From the NCBI GenBank assembly GCA_943841495.1, contig CALSYL010000003.1:208915-272914 (forward strand): 64,000 nt of DNA, given 5' to 3'. Position 1 is the stretch's first letter. Each line of letters opens with the position of its first letter. The DNA comes from an uncultured bacterium (GTDB lineage Bacteria; Fidelibacterota; Marinisomatia; Marinisomatales; Marinisomataceae). This document shows positions 1 through 7,972 of the stretch, in pieces. The notes beneath the pieces are model-generated. The model ran no database searches, was not told the DNA's origin, and saw only the letters and a list, made by a program, of their open reading frames with translations. Position numbers and translations under genes: made by a program.

Positions 1-71
1 CTGTAATGTCATTGTCTGTGATGGCCAAGCAAGCAATAGTTAAAAATAGATTAAGTAACTTATTTGAATAA

Positions 72-100
72 AAAAAAGGCCTTCAATTGAAGGCCTTTTT
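72..100. terminator. Bidirectional rho-independent terminator downstream of the rhodopsin gene
   Basis: Perfect 26-nt palindrome AAAAGGCCTTCAATTGAAGGCCTTTT (74-99) flanked by an A-run and a T-run, 17 nt past the stop of the minus-strand gene ending at 117. Confidence 0.8.
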
Positions 101-116
101 AATTACAATGAATTGA

Positions 117-815
117 TTATTTTGTATCCATTCTAGCAGCTGCCCAAACAATGACACCTGGAAGAATTTTGTTAACAAAATCAGCTAGATTGTAAACTTG
201 GTTTACTACATCCATATCAACTCCGCCGCCAAAGTAACCTAGAGCGTATCCAGCTGGATAAATAATCCAACCAAATGTTACGATTTTCTTTAGGTTTTCA
301 TATGCATATTGACCTGCAGCATTTTTTGATCCAGCGTTAGCTTCAGCAGCTTCACCTGACCAAATTTCTCTTAGAGCAAGACCCCAGAAAAGCATACCAG
401 CAACAAAACCAGTTGTTGAATTGATAGCTGCAACTGCACCAGATTCTCCTAAGTAGCCAAAAACAAGCATTAGCGTTGTGTAACCAAGAAGTTTTTGAAA
501 TACACTTGAACTAACTTTAGTTACTGCTAATAATACGATGTAAAGCTCAATCATAAGTAATGGAACTGTAATTAACCAGTCAATATATCTAATAGCAACT
601 GTTTCAACTCCGTCACTTCCTCTCATGTAGAAATAGTGAACAGCAGCAATGAAACATACCAATCCAGAAACTGTTAATGATGTTTTCCATTTAGGATTTA
701 CGTTGTCTCTCTCTAGCCAAAAGAAAAGAGCAGAAGCAAGTAAAGCCATATTAACTACAAAGAATGTGAATCCTGTTAAAGTGCTTGGATCCATTCCAAT
801 TAAGTTTATAAACAT
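117..815 (-). CDS. Proteorhodopsin (light-driven proton pump, green-tuned type)
   Basis: 232-aa 7-TM ORF. RYIDWLITVPLLMIE gives the D/T/E triad (D79, T83, E90, equivalent to GPR D97, T101, E108). Leu87 sits at tuning site 105. VHYFYM holds the His75 equivalent and NLADFVNK the Schiff-base Lys216. GAGG lies about 10 nt upstream of the ATG. Confidence 0.93.
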   Translation of the reverse strand: MFINLIGMDPSTLTGFTFFVVNMALLASALFFWLERDNVNPKWKTSLTVSGLVCFIAAVHYFYMRGSDGVETVAIRYIDWLITVPLLMIELYIVLLAVTKVSSSVFQKLLGYTTLMLVFGYLGESGAVAAINSTTGFVAGMLFWGLALREIWSGEAAEANAGSKNAAGQYAYENLKKIVTFGWIIYPAGYALGYFGGGVDMDVVNQVYNLADFVNKILPGVIVWAAARMDTK

Positions 816-894
816 GTTTTATACCTCATTATTGTTAAATTGCAGTTAATATATAATTAAATTCATTTAAAACTCAAATACTTTAATAAGGAAC

Positions 895-1488
895 ATGGAA
901 AAAGAATTTCAAAGCATTTACGATGAAATAGTTGACTTAATGAAAAGCGCTCTTAATGATTCTTCTCATACATATAGAACATTCTCTTTTGCATCTATTG
1001 ACGAGAAAAGTCCAAAAGTAAGGACTGTTGTTTTAAGAAGTTTTTCGATAAAAGATAATTATTTTGAGTTTCATTCTGATATAAGAAGTCCAAAATTATC
1101 TGAATTGAAAAAAAATAAAAACTTTTCAGCATTATTTTATTCTTCTGAAACGAAGGTTCAAATTAGATTTAGTGGCAAAGTAAAAACGCTTTACAATTGT
1201 TCTGAAACAGAAAAACGTTGGGAGCAAGTGACCCCTTCTTCTAAAAGATGTTACATGGGACCTTATAGTCCATCTGAATCGTTGAATGAATATCATCCAA
1301 ATATTCCTGAAAATTTTCAATTTAATAATCCCTCTGATGAGGAGTCTTCAGCTGGATATAAAAATTTTGTAATTATTAGGTGTTTTTTTGACCGACTTGA
1401 TTATCTAAAATTAAAATATAGCGGACATTCTAGATGCTGTTTTAAATTTTACGAAAATGATATTACTGCTGAATGGATAGCGCCTTAA
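895..1488 (+). CDS. Pyridoxamine 5'-phosphate oxidase (PNPOx)-like FMN-binding protein
   Basis: 197-aa ORF. The C-terminal ...AEWIAP resembles the PdxH W-x3-(R)L-x-P end and the overall pattern is PNPOx-like. Divergent from the rhodopsin gene across a 79-bp spacer. Confidence 0.55.
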   Translation: MEKEFQSIYDEIVDLMKSALNDSSHTYRTFSFASIDEKSPKVRTVVLRSFSIKDNYFEFHSDIRSPKLSELKKNKNFSALFYSSETKVQIRFSGKVKTLYNCSETEKRWEQVTPSSKRCYMGPYSPSESLNEYHPNIPENFQFNNPSDEESSAGYKNFVIIRCFFDRLDYLKLKYSGHSRCCFKFYENDITAEWIAP

Positions 1489-1490
1489 AA

Positions 1491-1598
1491 ATGAAAAGCA
1501 CAATCATACTGATGGCTTTACTTGTAGTATTTGGAACAGTATTTAATTTCTTAACAATTAAACGCTATATTAGAAAAAGAAGAGATGAAGAAAATTAA
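1491..1598 (+). CDS. Possible 35-aa single-TM small protein (MKSTIILMALLVVFGTVFNFLTIKRYIRKRRDEEN)
   Basis: ATG 2 nt after the upstream stop, a hydrophobic helix followed by a basic tail, and a 14-nt overlap with the next gene's start. Too short for homology-type support. Confidence 0.25.
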   Translation: MKSTIILMALLVVFGTVFNFLTIKRYIRKRRDEEN

Positions 1599-1965
1599 AC
1601 TAATTCTATTATTTTTTGTAGTAACTTTTTCTATGAATTTTTGTACCAAAAATGTTGACGTTATAGCTATGCAACAGTTTCAAAGTGAAGTGTTAGATAA
1701 AGATACTATTGTTTTGGATGTACGAACAGAAGAAGAATATTATGGACCATTAGGACATATAGATGGTGCAATTTTAATTCCTATTAATGAGCTTGAAAGT
1801 AGAATGGATGAATTAAAAAAATTTCAAGATGAAACAATTTATGTCGTTTGTAGAAGTGGTAATAGATCTAATTTTGGTAAAGATATATTAATTGAAAAAA
1901 ATTTTAAAGCAGTTAATGTTGATGGTGGCATGCTAGCTTGGAAAGCTGATAAAGATGCGAGATAG
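1585..1965 (+). CDS. Rhodanese-domain sulfurtransferase, probable lipoprotein
   Basis: VLDVRTEEEY... and the active-site loop CRSGNRS. N-terminal signal with lipobox-like FSMNFC. Confidence 0.8.
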   Translation: MKKIKLILLFFVVTFSMNFCTKNVDVIAMQQFQSEVLDKDTIVLDVRTEEEYYGPLGHIDGAILIPINELESRMDELKKFQDETIYVVCRSGNRSNFGKDILIEKNFKAVNVDGGMLAWKADKDAR

Positions 1966-2048
1966 AAAAGATATCATTTCATTCTATAAAAAATCTTTTT
2001 TAACAATCATCATAATAATGGCAATTTTATTAATACCCTTTTTTCTAT

Positions 2049-2684
2049 ATGCAAATTAAGCAAAAATATATTATAGATTTTGCCAAAGGGGTGACTTGGA
2101 TACTGGTTCTATCTTTAATATTCTACTACAATCAAGAACAGAATTTAACGGCATGGATTTATTTTTGCTTGCACGGCTCTTATGGGTTGATGTGGGTCTC
2201 CAAAAGTTATATTTTTCCGGATAAAACATGGGAGAGCAAAGTTGGTATTCCTTATGCTGCTTTAATTTTCATCGGCCTAGTTCTTTACTGGGCTCCCGCA
2301 TTTATTATTGCTTCTACAGGACATCAAGCATCTTTGCCTATAATTACAGCAGCGATTTTTACATTCTCAATTGGAGTATTTTATCATTTTGCTTCAGATA
2401 TGCAGAAATATATTTTTTTAAAAAATAGTTCTGGTTTGATTACTAATGGTTTTTGGAAACAATGTCGGCATCCGAACTATTTTGGTGAACTTTTAATTTA
2501 TTTAAGTTTCGTTCTTTTAGTTATTGAAACAGCATTATGGTGGTTGCCTGTATTAATTCTTTTTCTTTTCATTGCTGCCGTATGGATCCCTAATATGATT
2601 TTGATTGATAAGTCTCTATCAAGATTTGAAGAGCATAAATCTTATAAAGATAAAACAGCTTTTTTTATTCCTTATATACTGTAA
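2049..2684 (+). CDS. DUF1295 / steroid-5-alpha-reductase / ICMT-like polytopic membrane protein
   Basis: 211-aa multi-TM ORF with an RHPNYFGE motif. An upstream 34-codon ORF (1955-2059) with one TM helix would fuse to it if the T6 run at 2039-2044 carries a 1-nt indel. Confidence 0.65.
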   Translation: MQIKQKYIIDFAKGVTWILVLSLIFYYNQEQNLTAWIYFCLHGSYGLMWVSKSYIFPDKTWESKVGIPYAALIFIGLVLYWAPAFIIASTGHQASLPIITAAIFTFSIGVFYHFASDMQKYIFLKNSSGLITNGFWKQCRHPNYFGELLIYLSFVLLVIETALWWLPVLILFLFIAAVWIPNMILIDKSLSRFEEHKSYKDKTAFFIPYIL

Positions 2685-3070
2685 TGGATTCTAAAATTAT
2701 AATTTTTTATGATGGAATATGTATTCTTTGTAATAATGCTGTAGAATTTGTAATTAAAAGAGATAAGAAGAACACCATATTTTTTAGCCCTCTTCAATCT
2801 CCCTTTGCTAAAAAAAATATTGATCAAAAATATATTGAATCTTTAAATACACTTGTTGTTCAAAAAGGAAATAAGGTATTTACAAAATCTAGAGGAGCTT
2901 TTATTATACTTGAAACATTAAATCATCCATTAAGATATTTAAAATATTTTTTACCAACTTTTATTGCTGATATAATTTATAAGCTTATTGCTATCAAAAG
3001 ATATAGCTGGTTTGGAAAAAAAGAAGAATGTATTTTTCCTTTAAACAATCCAAAATTTTTAATTGACTAA
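2684..3070 (+). CDS. DCC-family thiol-disulfide oxidoreductase (DUF393)
   Basis: N-terminal YDGICILCNNAV (the DGxCxLC signature). TAATG overlap with the upstream gene. Confidence 0.75.
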   Translation: MDSKIIIFYDGICILCNNAVEFVIKRDKKNTIFFSPLQSPFAKKNIDQKYIESLNTLVVQKGNKVFTKSRGAFIILETLNHPLRYLKYFLPTFIADIIYKLIAIKRYSWFGKKEECIFPLNNPKFLID

Positions 3071-3483
3071 TGAAAAAAGAACACTTCTCTAGGTTTTACA
3101 AAATGGAAACAAGGTGGTATGATGAGGATATGCTTGGGCATCTTAATCATGGAACTGCTGTAGCTTATTTTGAAGATGCTAGGGTTAGACATGCACATGA
3201 TATTGGTCTTTCTCCTTATGATAGCATTAAATTTCCATTTATTGTTGCATCCATGTCATTTAATTTTTTAAAACAAGTAAAACATCCAAAAAAAATTAGC
3301 ATAGGTCTTAAGGTGTCCAGGGTTGGAGGAAAAAGCTTTGATTATGAATATGGTTTATTTGTTGAAGGAGATGATGAATGCGCAATTAGTTGCAACATGA
3401 CTCTTGTTTGCTTTGACTTTGTAAATCAAAAAAGTGTAAGCGTATTTAAAGAAATAAAAAATGAATTTGGGGACAATAAATGA
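3070..3483 (+). CDS. Hotdog-fold acyl-CoA thioesterase (4HBT/YbgC-like)
   Basis: 137 aa. WYDEDMLGHLNHGTAVAYFEDAR matches the YbgC-type catalytic N-terminus. TAATG overlap with the upstream gene. Confidence 0.7.
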   Translation: MKKEHFSRFYKMETRWYDEDMLGHLNHGTAVAYFEDARVRHAHDIGLSPYDSIKFPFIVASMSFNFLKQVKHPKKISIGLKVSRVGGKSFDYEYGLFVEGDDECAISCNMTLVCFDFVNQKSVSVFKEIKNEFGDNK

Positions 3484-4223
3484 ATGTTGTTATAGAAAAT
3501 GATATAAAAATAATTCAAATGGGCGATTCAGGACCAAATCTCTTAAGTGTTGATAGAGCAAAAAAAATTATTAATGAATTAAACTATAATGAATGTAAAG
3601 CAGTCATTTTTTTAGGAAATGATAAAGTTTTTAGCGCTGGATTAAATCTTAAAGATTTAACATCCGCCACAAAACCAGATGAAGTTGCTTTAATTTTTGG
3701 TACACTTGGAAAATTACTCCAAGCATGCAGAGATTTTAAGGGGCCAGTGATTAGTATTGTTGGCGGTCATGCAATAGCTGGAGGGTGCTTACTTGCTTTA
3801 GCATCTGATTATCGCTATGGAATGCACGGTATGCATAGAATGGGGTTGAATGAAATGGCAATTGGTATAGACCTGCCATCAGATATGCTTTCAATAATTT
3901 CCCACTCTATCAGTAGAGATAATTTGTTTGAAGTTGCAACACAATGTAAAATGTATACTCCAGTTCAGGCAGAGAAAAAAGGTTTAATAAATGAGTTGGT
4001 TGGTCATCGATTTTCAGGAAAGAAAAAAGCAACTTCAATTGCCTTAGAAAAAGCAAAAAAATTGGCTCAATTCTACATAAGTGCTGGTGAGCCATTTGTT
4101 AGACTAAAACAATCGTTAATGCATGAATCCACTTTTGATTACAATATATTGATTGAAAATTGGTTTTCAGAAGAGACTCAGAAAAAAGTCAAAATTGTCA
4201 TGAGCTCTTTAGCAAAAAAATGA
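3480..4223 (+). CDS. Enoyl-CoA hydratase/isomerase (crotonase) family protein
   Basis: FSAGLNLKDL and GGHAIAGGCLLALASDYR oxyanion-hole segments. ATGA overlap with the upstream gene. Confidence 0.7.
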   Translation: MNVVIENDIKIIQMGDSGPNLLSVDRAKKIINELNYNECKAVIFLGNDKVFSAGLNLKDLTSATKPDEVALIFGTLGKLLQACRDFKGPVISIVGGHAIAGGCLLALASDYRYGMHGMHRMGLNEMAIGIDLPSDMLSIISHSISRDNLFEVATQCKMYTPVQAEKKGLINELVGHRFSGKKKATSIALEKAKKLAQFYISAGEPFVRLKQSLMHESTFDYNILIENWFSEETQKKVKIVMSSLAKK

Positions 4224-5119
4224 ATATTCTTGTCGCAGGCGGCACCGGATTTATTGGAAAAAAAATTGTTGAGACTTTAACTAGTCAAGATAATAAAGTT
4301 TTTGTTTTAACTCGAAATAAGGATCAAAATAAAAATTTATTCGGAAAAAATGTTGAGCTAATTGACTGGAATATTACTGACCCTATTTTACTTTCTAAAA
4401 TATCCATACTCATTAAGTTGAATGGGGAAAAAGTAGATCAGTTTTGGACAAAAAATATCAAAAGAAAAATTCTTTCAAGCAGAATTGATACTACCAATCA
4501 TTTATACGAATTTTGCAACAGAAACCAAATTATTCCAAAACAGTTAATTAATGCATCTGCGGTTGGGATTTATGCTAATAATGATGCTAAATATGATTAT
4601 TCTGTAAATGAATTTTCAGAAAATGGAAATACGTTTTTATCAGAAGTTTGTACTCAAAATGAAGACGGATGCGGAATATTTAATTCCTATAAAAATATTA
4701 AAATAATTCAACTAAGAATTGGTGTAGTTCTTCAAAAAAAGATTATATCAATGCTTTCATTGCCATTGTTTTTTTCCATTCCAGTTCCAGGAAATAAAAA
4801 TCACTATTTCCCTTGGGTTCATGTAGATGATATAGTTGGATTTATATCATTTTCTATTAAAAATAATTTAGAAGGACCTTTCAATATAGTGTCACCGCAA
4901 TTTGCAACACACAAAGAGTTCTTTAGGGCAATTATTAGTCATAAAAAAGGTTTACTTAAATGGGTACTTTTTTTGCCAAATAATATTGTAAAATTTTTGC
5001 TGGGAGGTATGAGTGAGATGTTATTATATGGCCCTAAAACAGAGCCTGAAAGAGTTTTAAAAAATGGATATACATTTAAATTTAAATCTTTAAAAGATGC
5101 ACTTTCAAATCTCCCTTAA
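4220..5119 (+). CDS. TIGR01777/SDR39U1-type NAD-dependent epimerase family protein (DUF1731 C-terminus)
   Basis: MNILVAGGTGFIGKK Rossmann start and C-terminal ...GPKTEPERVLKNGYTFKF. The ATG at 4220 forms an ATGA overlap with the upstream stop. The track start at 4160 would overlap that gene by 64 nt. Confidence 0.7.
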   Translation: MNILVAGGTGFIGKKIVETLTSQDNKVFVLTRNKDQNKNLFGKNVELIDWNITDPILLSKISILIKLNGEKVDQFWTKNIKRKILSSRIDTTNHLYEFCNRNQIIPKQLINASAVGIYANNDAKYDYSVNEFSENGNTFLSEVCTQNEDGCGIFNSYKNIKIIQLRIGVVLQKKIISMLSLPLFFSIPVPGNKNHYFPWVHVDDIVGFISFSIKNNLEGPFNIVSPQFATHKEFFRAIISHKKGLLKWVLFLPNNIVKFLLGGMSEMLLYGPKTEPERVLKNGYTFKFKSLKDALSNLP

Positions 5120-5200
5120 TAAATAGCTTGTAAAATCTTTAAAATTTGGTAAATTTCAGGCTGTGAAAACAATAAAAATTCTACTAAAAGGATTAATCAA

Positions 5201-6190
5201 TTGACTGCCAAAATTTCAAATAAACTTTCTAAAGAATTAAAAAATATTGAATCTACCAGTCCTGATGAAATGGCTGCTGCTATTGAAAAAGAGCATGCAG
5301 AAGAAGAAAAGAGAAAACAGGCGCTTGGTAGAGCTGATGAAAGAATCAAGAGATCCAAAGTATCAAGCGGTACTATTAGCATGTATTTATCAGAAATATC
5401 TCAATATGAACCCTTAGCACCTGAAAAAGAGGTTGAATTAGCAGTTTTGATTGCTAAAGGTGACAAAAGAGCGATGAAAGAATTGGTAGAGGCAAACTTA
5501 AGATTTGTTGTTTCAGTTGCTAAAAAATATCAAGGGAATGGACTTTCTTTATCTGACATTATTAACGAAGGTAATTTAGGTTTAATTAAGGCAGCAAAAA
5601 GATTTGACCCTTCTAGAGGATTTAAATTTATATCTTATGCTGTTTGGTGGATTAGACAAGCAATTTTGCAGGCGTTAGCAGAGCAAGGAAGATTAATAAG
5701 ATTACCTTTAAATCGTGTTGGTACAATTACTAAAATAACCAAAGCTGCAGAAAAGCTTGAAGCTGAAATGGGAAGACCTCCAAAAGTTGAAGAGATAAGT
5801 CATCAGCTTGACGTAAAAACTGAAGAAGTCTTTAATGCATTACAATATTCAAGAAGACATAGTTCTTTAGATGCGCCTTTTGCGGAAGGAGAAGATAGTT
5901 CTTTAATTAATGTGATCGAAGATGAACAAGAAAAAGATCCTGATAACAAAGTAATGGATACCTCTATGAAAGAAGAAATTGCTTCTGCATTGAGCACTCT
6001 TACAGAAAGAGAACGCTCGGTAATAGAAATGTATTTTGGAATTAATAGAGATAGATCTTTTACGCTAAATGAGATTGGTGAACAATTTAGTTTGACCAGA
6101 GAAAGAGTTAGACAGATTAAAGAAAAAGCTATTAGAAGATTAGCTCACAAGACTAGAAGTGAGCCATTACGAGTTTATCTTGGACAGTAG
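5201..6190 (+). CDS. RNA polymerase sigma-70 family factor, RpoD/SigA-like (short form, no region 1.1 or NCR)
   Basis: Region 2 (EANLRFVVSVAKKY, DIINEGNLGLIKAAKRFD, FISYAVWWIRQAI), region 3 and region 4 (TLNEIGEQFSLTRERVRQIKEKAIRRL). Apparent TTG start with AGGA about 10 nt upstream. Confidence 0.88.
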   Translation: MTAKISNKLSKELKNIESTSPDEMAAAIEKEHAEEEKRKQALGRADERIKRSKVSSGTISMYLSEISQYEPLAPEKEVELAVLIAKGDKRAMKELVEANLRFVVSVAKKYQGNGLSLSDIINEGNLGLIKAAKRFDPSRGFKFISYAVWWIRQAILQALAEQGRLIRLPLNRVGTITKITKAAEKLEAEMGRPPKVEEISHQLDVKTEEVFNALQYSRRHSSLDAPFAEGEDSSLINVIEDEQEKDPDNKVMDTSMKEEIASALSTLTERERSVIEMYFGINRDRSFTLNEIGEQFSLTRERVRQIKEKAIRRLAHKTRSEPLRVYLGQ

Positions 6191-6614
6191 TTTAAATCCT
6201 ATTTTAATTCTATTTCCTATTTTTCCAATTATCTTAATAATGCATTTACATACATTTGTTAATGCCTTACAGATTAGGAAATCAATAATTGACAAAAAAC
6301 TTGATCCTAGATGGTTAAAATACATGCCAGGTTGGCAAGAAATTCCCAATGAGATACAAGCCTCAAGAGAGTTATATAAAAATCTTTTTGAAGCACCGAT
6401 AGTTTTTTTAATCTTTTGCTTATGTGCATACACTTTGAATCATGTATCTATCTTGAATTTATCTTTTGCGTGGATATATGTTATCTTAAGAGTGTGGCAT
6501 TATTCTGTTAGGATGACAAATCCAAAAATTTCTAAAAGAAGAATTCCTTTCCAATACTCTTTGTTTGCGACTCTTATACTTTGGATTGATTTATTCATTT
6601 TTTTGCTAAAATAA
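6159..6614 (+). CDS. MAPEG-like small membrane protein (start uncertain: 6159 GTG, 6180 TTG or 6240 ATG)
   Basis: About 130-150 aa with 4 predicted TM helices. The pattern ...NLFEAPIVFLIF...RVWHY... resembles the MAPEG family. Assignment is by recollection only. Confidence 0.45.
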   Translation: MSHYEFILDSSLNPILILFPIFPIILIMHLHTFVNALQIRKSIIDKKLDPRWLKYMPGWQEIPNEIQASRELYKNLFEAPIVFLIFCLCAYTLNHVSILNLSFAWIYVILRVWHYSVRMTNPKISKRRIPFQYSLFATLILWIDLFIFLLK

Positions 6615-6655
6615 TTAATAGCACTACAATTCACATAGTCGTATAATCCTTTATT

Positions 6656-7972
6656 ATGGCTAAAAAACCTAAAATAGCAATTATTGGACGTCCAAATGTT
6701 GGAAAATCTACATTATTTAACAAGCTTTCTGGTAAAAGAACATCAATTGTAGATCAATTAGAAGGAGTGACTAGAGACAGAGTTTATGCAAGCGCAGAAT
6801 GGCTTTCTCAGGAGTTTAATATAATAGATACTGGAGGTTTTGTTAGTTCAAATGAGGATATTTTTAATAAAAAAATAAAAGAACAGATCTCTGCAGCTTT
6901 AAATGAGTGTCATGGAATAATTTTTCTTGTTGACGGAAAAGATGGTTTAAATCCGAATGATAATCTTTTATCTAAATTAGTTAGAAAGTCTGGTAAAAAT
7001 TTTGTTATGGGTGTAAATAAGTGCGACACACCAGATCATCATCATAGAAAAGATCAATTTTTTGACATAGGTTTTGAAAATCCTTTTCCAATTTCTGCTT
7101 TGAATGGAGCAGGAATTGGAGATATGTTGGATGAATTATTTGAACATATTGATTTTAATTTAATTGCTAAGTCGGATGATGAAGAAGATTGCTCTCTTTC
7201 AATTGTAGGAATGCCAAATGTCGGTAAGTCATCATTATTAAATGCGCTACTTCAAAGAGACCAAGCAATAGTTTCAGATATAGCTGGTACTACTAGAGAC
7301 TCACTGGACACCATCATTAAATGGCATGGAAAAAATATAAAAGTAATTGATACAGCTGGTTTGAGAAAAAAGAGCAAGATGGATACAGATATAGAATTTT
7401 ATAGTTCTCTTAGAGCAATGGATTCTCTTCTAAGATCTAACTTAGTTTTACTTGTTGTTGATGCTGAAAAAGGATTCACTAAACAGGAAAAATCAATCGC
7501 TAAAGAAGTAATTAAAAAAGGCAAAAGAATGATTATTCTTGTAAATAAGTGGGACTTAGCTTCAGGAACTAATGTGTCTGCCGAATTATACAAAGAAGAC
7601 ATGTATGATGAATTCAAAGATTTAAGACACTATCCTATTTTATTTGTTTCTGCTTTAACAAAAAGAAGAGTATCCAACATTTTAGAAGTTGCTTGGGATA
7701 TTTTTATCAAGCAAAGAGAAAAATTATCAACTAAAAAACTAAATGAGTGGGTTGAAAGAGCTGTTAGAAATTATCCCCCTCCAGCTAAGCTAGGAAAATC
7801 AATTAAGTTAAAATTTATTGAACAGGTGCAACTATCTCCCCCAATCTTTGCAGTATTTAGTAATTATCCTAAATTAATTTCTGTACAATATTTAAGATAC
7901 TTGCACAACCAATTAAGGGATTCTTTTGATTTAAAGGGCATAACCATTAAGTTTTCTGTACGAAAAGGCTAA
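6656..7972 (+). CDS. der: Ribosome-associated GTPase Der (EngA), tandem GTPase domains plus KH-like C-terminus
   Basis: Two G-domains: GRPNVGKSTLFN...DTGG...NKCD and GMPNVGKSSLLN...DTAG...NKWD. Confidence 0.93.
   Translation: MAKKPKIAIIGRPNVGKSTLFNKLSGKRTSIVDQLEGVTRDRVYASAEWLSQEFNIIDTGGFVSSNEDIFNKKIKEQISAALNECHGIIFLVDGKDGLNPNDNLLSKLVRKSGKNFVMGVNKCDTPDHHHRKDQFFDIGFENPFPISALNGAGIGDMLDELFEHIDFNLIAKSDDEEDCSLSIVGMPNVGKSSLLNALLQRDQAIVSDIAGTTRDSLDTIIKWHGKNIKVIDTAGLRKKSKMDTDIEFYSSLRAMDSLLRSNLVLLVVDAEKGFTKQEKSIAKEVIKKGKRMIILVNKWDLASGTNVSAELYKEDMYDEFKDLRHYPILFVSALTKRRVSNILEVAWDIFIKQREKLSTKKLNEWVERAVRNYPPPAKLGKSIKLKFIEQVQLSPPIFAVFSNYPKLISVQYLRYLHNQLRDSFDLKGITIKFSVRKG

Noticed and set aside
1-69. Possible 3' end of a plus-strand gene (…VMSLSVMAKQAIVKNRLSNLFE*) ending at the TAA at 67-69, just before the shared terminator.
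   Set aside because: Only 22 codons are visible and there is no motif. It cannot be distinguished from non-coding sequence within this window.
649-849. Track ORFs lying antisense or out of frame inside well-supported genes. Examples: 649-849, 1132-1320, 2228-2428, 3910-4095, 5197-5382, 5803-5997, 6167-6433, 7399-7617, 13874-14227, 15143-15349, 16525-16719, 17352-17576, 18737-19099, 19877-20284 and 20202-20537. Further examples: 20858-21049, 22820-23011, 23867-24268, 25579-25839, 26353-26556, 26976-27230, 32182-32580, 35554-35757, 38727-38930, 42633-42848, 43535-43780 and 44743-44961. Also 47742-47984, 52559-52816, 54871-55074, 55535-55957, 56204-56593, 57591-57791, 57691-57990, 60553-60759 and 62233-62499.
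   Set aside because: Each is fully embedded in a gene with clear family motifs on the other strand or in another frame. Their products are low-complexity or Ser/Leu/Ile-rich shadow translations with no recognisable motif, and the genome leaves no independent start or RBS context for them.
816-5119. Retinal biosynthesis genes (blh, crtE/I/B/Y) adjacent to the proteorhodopsin.
   Set aside because: The neighbours are a PNPOx-like protein, a rhodanese, a DUF1295 protein, a DCC protein, a thioesterase, a crotonase and an SDR. None shows the Blh membrane dioxygenase His pattern or phytoene synthase/desaturase motifs.
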